Assembly (NCBI RefSeq): GCF_006345805.1
Contig: NC_043001.1
Location: 52,390,001-52,454,000 of the forward strand
Direction: 5' to 3'
DNA length: 64,000 nucleotides
Source: Octopus sinensis
Lineage: Eukaryota
Below, in pieces: positions 27,954-39,500 of the stretch. How positions within the stretch are numbered: position 1 is the stretch's first letter; the number at the start of each line of letters is the position of its first letter. A program made the translations under genes and the position numbers. The notes beneath the pieces are model-generated. The model did not search any database, was not told where the DNA came from, and saw only the letters and a program-made list of their open reading frames with translations.

Positions 27954-28892
27954 GTTACCAACATATTCTTGTTGACACCATGACTGATTTGGTTTCTTAT
28001 TAATCTGTGGAGAATCGCCAAAATTTAACTTTGAAATAGAACACGTGTCTGTATCGATATTAACAACTTCACAACTTACACATGACAAGTGTAGATGACT
28101 GAAGTCCCGGCATAGTATATTTGGGAGGTTAATTTGGATTAGCACATCATTGCATCGTAGCTAATTCTATGAGTTTTCACATAAATGAAGAATTTTTTTG
28201 TTAGGCGGTTCATTGTGTCTATCTGCAACCACATTTCAATTCGTAAATTTCATTTACGTCCATGCCTAATATAATGACGGTAACTATTAAAAGATAATGT
28301 ATACATATATTTCTATGTCACAATATATGGATTAAAGTAATTCTGCAGTACTCAGAAAAAGCACCCTAAAGTAATATTCTACAAAACATATAGATTACCT
28401 AGCACGATGCAAGAGAAAACGATGAGGAGTGTATAAAGTTATAAATGACAGAGAAATAGTTTCATGAAATTTTATTCAGCAATAAGTAATGTAATATCAC
28501 AACAAATTGTTTCACAACTTAAAATCAAGTAAATAATTTATATTATATTTAATAATAGATAGATTACCAACATGCCTACCTTAACAGAAAACGCAAACAC
28601 TCCTTCAAAATAATGCAGAATTTAGTTACGTCCTCAGGTGAAAGTATTTGTTAAAGGCTAAATCCTCGATGTAACGTTCTAGGAATATAACTTCAAGATA
28701 TTAAAATATTATGGAAGATAATAATAACAAAATTCATATAATTTAATAAAAGGATTTTCTAACAAATGGAAAGAAATTTTAATAATATAAGTAACTAGTA
28801 CATATTATTAGTAAAATAAAAGAAACGAGATATATTTCGTTTTAGGATATGGTTTGCAAGATTTTTTATGTGCGTTCGTATGTTGAAGCATA

Positions 28893-29084
28893 TTCTGTTT
28901 GTCTGGGAAAAGTGATTTTCTTTTAGCGCCTTATAATTTAACACACGCTCCGGCAAAATTTCCACTCATTTACTTGTTTATTTTTCAATACAAAAATAAA
29001 TAAGTAAATGAGTGGAAATTTTACCGGTGAGCGTGTTAAATTATAAAACGCAAAAAAGAATGACTCCCTCCAGACACAACAGAA
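28893..29084. mobile_element. ~190-bp imperfect palindrome, MITE-like
   Basis: Arms include aaaatttccactcatttactt / aagtaaatgagtggaaatttt and ttataatttaacac / gtgttaaattataa, around a 6-nt loop (caatac). Confidence 0.7.
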
Positions 29085-29143
29085 AATGAGATATAGTTTT
29101 TACTAAAAATCTAGAAGATAAAAGGTCGTAAACACAGAGGAAA

Positions 29144-29201
<58 letters not shown>

Positions 29202-29268
29202 GACGACGACGGCGATGATGATGATGATGATGATGGTAATAATAACAACAACACTAATAATAATAATA

Positions 29269-29302
<34 letters not shown>

Positions 29303-29307
<5 letters not shown>

Positions 29308-30185
29308 TTGAAAGAGTTAATGTATTTGATAGGCAAAGTGAAATACTCTCTGAACCAACCACAAACACTAAGGCAGATGAAAATCAAATAGATGAAGAAG
29401 GTCACACAAATATTGACCTAACAGAGCGACATGATCTAAAAAATAAAATCATGATTAAATGGCTGAAAATTAAAGAAACCAGTACGGATGAACGTGATGC
29501 TCTCCTAAAATTTCGCAATTTTAACCAAAACCTGAAAGTAATTGCTAAAATCCGCGTTGCACTTAGAGATATAATTTCAGCTAATGATGTTGATATTACA
29601 GATCTCAACCACCTGTACTACGTATTCGCGGAAATCTCAACGATTGTATACGGTGAAAAGATTAGAAAACGGCAACATTCCTACTAAACGCTTTCTTGGC
29701 AAGAGCGTATTCAACGCCTAATTAAGCTTCTTAGATCTGACATAGAATATTTGAAAAACCTTAAGTTTGACAAGACTACCAAGCATACAAAAATTAAAGA
29801 AAAGATATATGAGAATGGTACTTGACATTGAAACCATCAAGCAAAATGTATGTGCCAAATCGATGGAGAAGGAAATAACAGAAAATTTTAAGGTGGAGTA
29901 CTTGCGCATACTGAGACTTATCCTTAAACGGATGGAATAACATTCAAGCTATCAAAACCTGGGCAGTTTTACTCTTTGCTATGGAAAAGGGGTAATCGCA
30001 TGGACAGTAGACGAACTAAACAACTTCGACAGAAAGACACGTACGTTGCTAACTAGATATGGGATAATCCACTCAAAAGGTGACACAGACAGATTGTATG
30101 TGCCAAGAAAATGAGGGGGAAGAGGACTGATTGGATGCGAACACAATATTAGAGCAGAAGAAAACAACGATGTCATAAGAATTTA
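29303..30185 (+). mobile_element. Internally deleted or chimeric R4/Dong-like LINE fragment starting at an (AAT)n array
   Basis: 29303-29853 is homologous (inverted) to ~36670-37217. It then jumps to post-RT motifs (EYLRILRLILK, DRKTRTLLT...DRLYVPRK*GGRGL). Confidence 0.82.
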
Positions 30186-30400
30186 TAATCTTCAAAGGAA
30201 CATGAATTCAGTTTTTGAAAAAGCTATTTTTCATAACTTTATCTGCATCGAGGTTGTTTCAAATATATACATTTATATATCGACTCTCTTACGTACATAT
30301 GTATGCACACACATAGATACAGACCCATACATGCATACATACATATGTGCATATCGACTGACATCGATACATGTAGATCTACACATATACATAGACACGT

Positions 30401-30445
<45 letters not shown>

Positions 30446-31855
30446 CTATGCTAAATGTGTTAATGCTATATCATATTATTCATAAAGATACTTGGATCAC
30501 TATACTAAATATACAGCGAATATATTATGTTCCGTTTTTTGCTTCAAATGAAACACATGACCTCTAATGGAAATATTGACTACTGTTCAGATCTTACGAT
30601 CAATTTAGAATGTAACATCTGATATGAACTCTAAACAAGAGGGAATTGTCTTTGAATTATTGGAATACATTATGCCAAACCATTTCTGTATGTTTAAACC
30701 GAGCATAGAATGAATCTAAAATATACATATATTCTAATGCATTCAATTCGAAAAATAATTTCTTGTGTAAATGCAAATAAGTTCCTTAAAATGTTGAAAA
30801 AAAAAGATCTATGAACAATAACAAAAACAGCAAGAGAGAAGAAAAGGTTGGTTACAAGAATCTAGAAGTAATTTCAAAATATTTCCCTTATAAAGTTTCC
30901 CAATCTCTTTAACTGAATATTTGTCTGATTATTTGCAGACATTTAAACAATGTCCATTTCATGACTCAATAGTATACTGATTAATTTCCAATTAAAATTT
31001 AAATGCTCACTTTTAATTAAATGATTTAGAACAAGAAAGGATGCTAATAGCTTCATCTAATTCTCGTTAATATCACTTCACATTAAATAATCCGAACCAT
31101 GGTGTAGCTTCCTAGATGAAAGAGACATGTAATGTGTTGGAATATATATAAAAGAAATGTCTTTTATTTTATAACTTCATTATCTGTTGTGAAGACCCGG
31201 GTTTGAATGTTTCCTTGAAAGAAGCTAGAAAACAGGAGCATAGTGTAATTCAACTATATTTTGTATTAAAAGTTCTGCGTTTGTGCTCGTTATACAAGCA
31301 AATAACTTTAAGAACAATATCATGTTTTGTTTCCCATTCAAATTCTTGCTTTATATGGAGTAAAAATATTTCATCCAGCATTTGTGTATCGAAGGTGAGG
31401 AGATCAGTTACTGAGAAAGTCACTTATTACAAAATTACACCATAATTCCCTACAGAAATATCATCACTGATATCGAATACATCTGTATATAGTGTACCTT
31501 GATATTAACCAAACGTTATTTGTGTATTCTTATTCTTAATACAGTCAGGCAACGCCAAGTCTCTATCGTTAATTTAGTTGGCACCTATATCGTTGCAGTA
31601 CTTCACATGTGCTAAGTAAAATATTTTGTCAACATTTTTTAACATTTAATAATCCAGCTGATGGAAACATTTTGGCTTACAGCTTCAAAATACTGTGTCG
31701 CTCAAAGAAACTGTTATCCCGAAAATTACACTTAAATTAATATGATTTCTGATATAGATAATTTACCAGAAAGCGATATGTGCTCGCACCTTCTACAATA
31801 TAAAAACTGGATGCTAGTTATCTATTTAGCAACATTTGTTACAAAAAGAGTAAAA

Positions 31856-32240
31856 AACGGAGAGCTGGCAGAAACGTTAGCACGTCCGGTGAAATGCTCA
31901 GCAGTATTTCGTCAGCCGTTACATTCTGAGTTCAAATTCTGCCGAGGTCGACTTTGCCTTTGATCTTTCTGGGTCGATTAAATAAGTACCAGTTACGCAC
32001 TGGGGTCGATATAATCGACTTAACCCGTCTTTCTGTCCTTGTTTGTCTCCTCTGTGTTTAGCCCCTTGTGGGTAGTAAAGAAATAGGTATTTCGTCTGTC
32101 TTTACATTCTGAGTTCAAATTCTGCCGACGTCAACTTTACCTTTCATCATTTCGGAATCGATAAATTAAGTACCAATTGATTTAATTGACTAGCCCCTTC
32201 ACACAAAATTTCGGGCCTTGTGCCTAGAGTAGAAAAGAAT
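31856..32240 (+). mobile_element. tRNA-derived SINE with a second partial copy appended
   Basis: cggagagctggcagaaacgttagcacg...gagttcaaattctgcc; the B-box segment is repeated at ~32077-32130. Confidence 0.85.
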
Positions 32241-32986
32241 ATTTGTTAGAAACTAATTGTACTGATACAATATTGTTTCTTCATATGAAAAATATGTACT
32301 TGTAATCTTTCAGGCAAATGGATGCTGTTTTCATTATTTCTATAAGAGTAGGTTTATCAAAACTACCAGCGGTCATTAATACTGAGTATTACTTTATTAT
32401 TATTCAGTGACGATATTTTGACATTCATTTATTTATTTCTACTTTTGTGAAAGTCTGACATTCTATAGGTATTTTGGATGAAAAAAGCAATCAGTGATAT
32501 GTGTATCGTCAACGAAGCCTGAATATGTGCAGTCAGGTAAATATTGCTACTTTTTAAATTTGGCTGACGGGAACCGATAACAATGCCGGTATGTATATAC
32601 GTGTTATATATGTATGTGTGTGTATGTGTATGCCTGCTATATGCACATGCGTATGTGTATATATGTGTGTGGCTGTGCCCTTGCGTGTATTTGCGTTGAT
32701 TATGTTCTGTCTCATTTTTGCTTGACTTAGTGATTCCAGACACACACACACACACACACACACGTGTATTGATGAAATAAGCTGCCATCAGAAATAAGAA
32801 TTGGAGTCGATGATCGACGAAAAGATACGCAAGCTTTACTTCTGCATCGCTACGTTCCGATGGATGAAACAAGTATAATAATTAAAGAATAGCAGTATGT
32901 CATTAGTTGTATTGATTTCACGTAGAAATGTACACTTTTATGTTACCGCTTTGATTCAGCCGACGAGAAAAAATACACGTATCTAT

Positions 32987-33054
<68 letters not shown>

Positions 33055-33055
33055 T

Positions 33056-33107
<52 letters not shown>

Positions 33108-33199
33108 ATTACTACTACTACTACTACTACTGATACTATTACTACTACTAGTGCTGCTGCTGACGCTGCTACTACTTCAGTTACATGATGATGATGATA

Positions 33200-33280
33200 A
33201 TTCTAACTTGTTGTCTCTTGGGGCCTCTGGGTGAGACTTGGAGCCAACTTGTACAAATGGAAAGCAAAAGTCTAACATGA

Positions 33281-33352
<72 letters not shown>
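33200..33352 (+). mobile_element. Short 3' end of an R4/Dong-like LINE with (AAT)n tail
   Basis: ctgggtgagacttggagc...caaa...aacatgaaataataat matches the reverse complement of 34320-34385. Confidence 0.8.
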
Positions 33353-33353
<1 letters not shown>

Positions 33354-33872
33354 CCCTGATGCCGTACCAGGCACTGGCTCTTATGGCTTCTGATCTTAAC
33401 TTGTTGGAAATGTTATCATATAGATTGTTTTGTCTTGGTATAAAAGATTGGCTTCAGCAAATATTAAGCTAGATACTTCAGATTGTTTGAACTTAACCAG
33501 TTGAGCATGTCCCTTAATGGCTGACACGGGCAGTAGTAGTGGGGGAGCATCATAGCCATGTGTTGAGAGGAATCCGTTGAGTTTCGATGATTCAACTTTT
33601 GAAATATGGGTGTTTCATTCAACATCCTCAAACAACCATTATTCAGTGACATTTGTGCGGGGTGGGCTACTCGACCTGAAGAAAATTCTAGCTTGGCTCT
33701 ACCTGCAAGGTAATGCGCTGTGTATCTTGATATGATATCACTATGTCGCGCACATATGGTTGTGAATAATGTACCTAGTGTACCCTTATTAGACGGGTAG
33801 TCATGATGGGTATACTGAGCATCGTATATTTTACCCCAATGTCGCTTTGATAACATGCACTGCTTTCTCACT

Positions 33873-33939
33873 TAATAACAACAACAATAACAATAATAAA
33901 TAATAATATCAATAATAATGATGATGATGATGATGATGA

Positions 33940-34021
<82 letters not shown>

Positions 34022-34118
34022 TTCTGAACATAATCTATTTAACAAGTTTTCCAATATCATAATCATCTTCATTATTATTATTATCATTTATTATTGTTAT
34101 TATTACTATTACTATTAC

Positions 34119-34149
<31 letters not shown>

Positions 34150-34176
34150 ATTATTATTATTATATTATTATTATTT

Positions 34177-34209
<33 letters not shown>

Positions 34210-34233
34210 CTGTTGTTGTTATTATTATTATTA

Positions 34234-34267
<34 letters not shown>

Positions 34268-34312
34268 GATTACTATTATTATTATTGTTATTATTATTAT
34301 TATTATTATTTT
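33873..34312. repeat. Compound trinucleotide arrays: (AAT)/(GAT)/(ACT), then (ATT)/(ACT)/(GTT)
   Basis: Directly visible. Confidence 0.95.
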
Positions 34313-37300
34313 TATTTTATGTTTGACCTTTGCTTTGTATTTGCACAATTTAGCTCCAAGTCTCACCCAGAAACTCGAGAGACAATGATTTAGAAGCTCA
34401 GGTTGGTGTTAAGCTTAGGGTGACATATAGTTGGTTTTGTACAGAGTGTTTCTCTTGAAAATGATTAAGAAACCATAAGAAAATTACGTATTTGTTTTAA
34501 AATTTGAGTATTTTACGTAAGATGTGGGCAGTTCTCATGAGCACTATCTGGAGGTGTTTTGCGCTCCTACCAGTTTTTATCATAAGTAAACTCCAGGTTT
34601 TTTTCAAATTAGCAAGTGAATATTTTGCACCTCTATCATGTCGCTTGAGAGATTCTGTAGGCGCTAGGAGACTGCGCATGGAGACAACATGAGCAATAGT
34701 TTCATTTTGTTGTTGACATATACGACATGTTGCGAAACTGCCATTCATTAATATGTTGGCTTGGTAGTTCCTTGAAGGTAGGCATTGATCTTGCGTTGCT
34801 ATGATATACCCTTCTGTTTCTGATTTTAAGCCAGAAGCCATTAGCCATTGATGGGTCAGGACTTTGTCAACATCGGGGTTATTCGCTCTGTTTGGGTATT
34901 TGCCATTGAGAAGGTTTTCTTGCCATTTGTCACTAAGAATATCTAAGGCAACATTTTTAGCACGGATTTTCCTGCGCTTAGCTTTTTCTGCGTTTGTTTC
35001 TAGTACGTCTAACATTGGGATTTATTGTATTTGGAATTCACTTTGATATTCCTTTGCCTGTTTTGTTACTGAGTATGATGCTTACTTGTTTTCATGTTTT
35101 GAGACAAGTTTCAACATCAAGTCCTCAAACTTTTTCAGATAGGTGTCCAGGGCGATTGTAGCAATCTTCATTGTTATTGCCAGTTGCAAAAGTCCACGGC
35201 CTCCCTCTTTTCTTGGCAGATAAAACCGATCTATGTCTGCCTTAGTGTGGCGCATTGTATGCATTGTCAACAGTTTTCGTATTTTTCTGTCAAGATTACA
35301 TTTTTCAGTACTTGACCAGTTAATGATATTGAAATTGTAAGTCACGACTTGTATGGCTAAAGCATTGATCGCTTCGATCCTGTTCCTTGCATTCAGTTCT
35401 GTCTTAAGTATTACTCTCACCCTGCGATAACGTTCTCTCCTGATTCTTTCCCTCATCCCTGAATGCCTGATACTTTCCCATTCAAGTAACCCTAGGTATT
35501 TGTAGCTCTCTGCTGTTTCTAACACTTTTATGACATTCTGCTGGTCAAGGTTAATATTAGATGTTTCTGTCATTTCTCCATTGATAAAGGTATCTTTTGC
35601 ACATTTATGGAAGCCAGATTGCATCCTGATGTCACCACTGAATTGTTTAACACTCGCTAGTAAGTCCTTGAGTTGTTGGTCATTTTATGCAAAGATTATT
35701 TATATTTTCATCAAGCATTTTATAATCATATTGTACACCATTGAACAATTTTGAGAGAGGTGTTAAGGCTAGACAAAAGAGGAGTGCTGATAGTGAGTCA
35801 CCCTGGAAAATGCCACATGAAATTCTTACATCACCAGCATTTAAAGATTCATTGTCACTGTTCAATGTCAGTGGCTCTCCATGATCTCATGCTTACAGAC
35901 AAATCGTTTCGCAGAGTAGGAGCTATTTTATACATTTCCAGGCATTTCTTAAGCCACCTATGTAGTAGGCTATCAAAAGCATTTTTATATTCCATCCAGG
36001 TTGTTGACAAGTTTTTGTGTGGTTTCTGACAATCTTTTAAGATCATCTTATTGATGAGTAGCTGATCTTTACAACCATAGGATCCACGTTTACATCCTTT
36101 TTGCTCATTAGGAAATATTCTACTTTCTGTTAAGAAACTATAGGTATATTCAATCAGGACAGATGGTCGCATTTTATACATTGTTGTTAAGCAGGTTATG
36201 GGTCGATAAATTTTTGGTTCATTTGTTTCTTCCTTTTTTGGTAGTAGGAATGTTAAACCATTAACTAGCCATTGTAAAGTTTTGTTAGCAGCTCATGGCT
36301 CTCTGGGAAGGCATTCAACCAGAGGTTAGGAATTTTATCCTTTGTTGGAGACGTCCATTGGCTTGACCTCCTGAGAGCAGACCTTATATCTTCTACCTTG
36401 ACACCATCCCACTTTTGCTCCTCTAAGGAGTCCTAAGTCTATAGATATTGTATCAATCCAAGGAGACCTTTCACTGTGTGTTTTTTCTTCTGCCCAAATT
36501 TTATTCCAAAATTCCTGCTCTTCTCCTTTTGATGGAACAGACTTTACTGTAGCTGGTGTTTTCCCTATCTTCCCGTAAAAACTTTTGGGGTTATTTTTGA
36601 ACATGTTGTTGTCCTTGAAGAATTTAACGCGCTTTTCATACCTTTCTATGCGGGCAGCTTTAACACATACATTTTGCTTCATGGTTTCTATGATGGTATC
36701 AATGTCAAGTATGGTTTTCATATGATAGTTTTTCTTTAATTTTCGTGTTTTTGTAGGTTTGATAGTCTTGTTAGACCTCAGGTTTTTCAAACATTCTCTG
36801 TCAGACATATGTAGCTTAATGTGGTGTTGAAAACGCTCTTGCAAAGAAGGCTTTTTGTGAGAATGTTGTAATTTTCTAAACTTTTTGCCACGTACAATCG
36901 TTAAGATTTTCGCGGATGCATAGTACTGATATATCAACATCATTAGCCGAAATTATATCCTTAAGTGCAAGACGGAGTTTTCCAATTATTTTCAAGTTTT
37001 GTTTAGAATTGCGAATTGTGGAGAGAGTATCGCGTTCATTTATACTGGTTTCTTTAATTTTCAGCTATTCATTTATGATTTGATTCTTTAGATCATGTAG
37101 TTCTGTTGGGTTAATATTTGTGTGACTTTCTTTATCTATTTGATTTTCATCTGCCTTAGTGTTTATTGTTGGTTCAGAGAATATTGCCTATCAGTTACAT
37201 TAACTCTTTCAATCATTACTGCGTTTTCATCAGCCCTGGGCTGGTTTATAACTATTTCGTCTGTAACATCTTCTTTAGCTGCAGCTTCGTTCTTTTTATA

Positions 37301-38055
37301 CCTCACTGCTTGTTTCATTTTGTCAATCTCTGCTTCAGTTAGTAATGTAATGTTTTTAATAATGTTTCTTCTGATGTTGGCAAGTTTGTTACTTTCTATG
37401 TAGTTCTTACTTCAAGGTATTTCTGTCTCCAGTTTAAGTAGGTTTGTACAATATTAGATTTATTTGTGGGGAAATATATATTATGGTAGAAGGTCGTAAG
37501 AACTTCTTTATTATCCTCCCTAGATCGTTTTTCACTCTTTGTCTTTTGGTTATTTTATGACGAGCATGGATGGCTATCTGTTGGAATATTCTGTTTGTGG
37601 GGTACATCTAGCTCTTGTGTGTCGGAAAGATTTGAACCAGTAGCTGATTTTTCGACCCGAATCTGATTCAACATTCAAGTTCGTGGCCCTTTGTAATCCA
37701 GTGGATGACCATTTCGGTTTGAATGTTGCTTTGTTAACAGTGAGGTTAGCGAGTTTCGACGTTGGCATTAGGGAACAGATCTATCTGCTAAGAGGTAATT
37801 GAGACAACACCGTCTCCAACTTCTCTGCATGTAAACATTGCTCGTAACGAAGCTTCTTAAGGCTAACAGCTCTATATCGAGTACGTGGTCCTTGAGATCC
37901 AGTCGACATCCAATCTGGTTTGTAATTTGCTTTGTTATCATTCAGGCATGACGAGCTTCAACGTTGACATTAGGGGACGGATTTGTCTGCTTAGGGTCAA
38001 TTTTTTGAGACAATATTTTGAGCTCGTAACGTAGTTACTTAAGGCTAACAGATCT
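34313..38055 (-). mobile_element. Near full-length, inactivated R4/Dong-like LINE (single ORF; RT and CCHC finger; REL endonuclease region and YMDD deleted)
   Basis: ORF pieces include FPNEQKGCKRGSYGCKDQLLINKMI, GIFQGDSLSALLFCLAL, ESYKYLG, LDRKIRKLLT...DRFYLPRKEGGRGL, CRICQQQNETIAHVVS and the C-terminal LMRTAHILRKIL. The 3' UTR ends in (AAT)n. Confidence 0.93.
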
Positions 38056-38407
38056 GTGTTCATTTATTTTCTTTTTTGATAGATTTATCTCCGAGCATAA
38101 TTTTTTGTGGTGCTTTTAAACTTATGAACGGTTCACTCTGACTGTGTTAGTTCGAAAAAAAGTAAAGAATTGTTTTTGTTTTTGCTTCGTTTATGACACG
38201 AGTTTTCATATGCGTAAAAGTGTGTCCTGTAGATTTCACGTAGTTGTGTAAACATTGAGATGTATGTGTAGTCCTATGGGTATCAAAATGTATATATGAT
38301 TCTGTAGACATTCGAGTGTATGCGTAATTACTCAATTGATGTACTAACTGCTTTGTTCCATTTCTATTTCATAATAACACCTATGTTGTTATTCAGCGCG
38401 GGGCTTT

Positions 38408-38496
38408 ATCTTCTTCTTCCTCCTCTTCTTCTTCTTCTTCTTCTTCTTCTTCTTCTTCTTCTTCTTCTTCTTCTTCGTCTTCTTCTTCTTCTTCTT

Positions 38497-38527
<31 letters not shown>

Positions 38528-38570
38528 TTATTATTATTATTATTATTATTAGTAGTAGTAGTAGTAGTAT
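38408..38570. repeat. (TCT)n followed by (ATT)/(AGT)n microsatellite
   Basis: Directly visible. Confidence 0.96.
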
Positions 38571-38789
38571 CATTATTATCAAGCAGTCTTATTTTTATCA
38601 AGTGCTTTCACTGCATTACCGAGTGAAGCCTTGTGTGCCTTGGGTGTGTGATGTGGTTTTTTTGGTGATACTCTTATTTTTACTTAAAAACTTTCAATAC
38701 TGTAAAATAAGAGCATCACAACAAATTACAGCACATACCCAAAGCACACTGAGCTGTGCTCGGCAGTGAGGTGAAAAATAAGACTAATG

Positions 38790-38814
38790 AATAATAACAA
38801 TAATAATAATAATG

Positions 38815-38869
<55 letters not shown>

Positions 38870-38909
38870 TGATGATGATGAGGAGGAGGAGTAGGAGAAT
38901 GATGATGAT

Positions 38910-38952
<43 letters not shown>

Positions 38953-38965
38953 GTGATGATGATGG

Positions 38966-39020
<55 letters not shown>
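38790..39020. repeat. Compound (AAT)/(GAT)/(GCT)n microsatellite
   Basis: Directly visible. Confidence 0.96.
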
Positions 39021-39149
39021 ATTGGAAAGTTTGTGAACCAGATTATGTTCAGCAACTCTGACTTGAGAATCTCGCTGTTATGCACGGTTACGCACTACGT
39101 TTTGTTACTGTCTGAATAGAATATGGAACACTAACATGGATGACAAAAG

Positions 39150-39500
39150 CTAATTCATTGCCAGTGTATGAGAAGGAAAAGGACGGAAATTGGTAATTAT
39201 TGACCAATGACATGCTTCTCATTGATCTGTCAATTATTAACTGGGATTATAGCAGATGAAATGCATAGGTTTCAGAATGAGGAGTATCTATTATCAGCAG
39301 AGCAAATCGAATGCATAAATAAGGCAATGAGATCTGCTGATACATTATATATCGATAATATGATACTAAATGAGGTACAAATAATAATAACGTTGCTGTT
39401 AGTATAATATACTACGAGAAGGCCTATTATAAGTTTCTATGTTAGTGCACAGCACAATCGCCGTCAATGAAGTCATGGGAAGTAATAATTCCTTACGAAT
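39150..39500 (+). mobile_element. Old R4/Dong-like RT fragment
   Basis: Reading MTCFSLICQLLTGIIADEMHRF...LLSAEQ...LYIDNMIL...YEKAY resembles RT domains 1-3. Confidence 0.72.
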
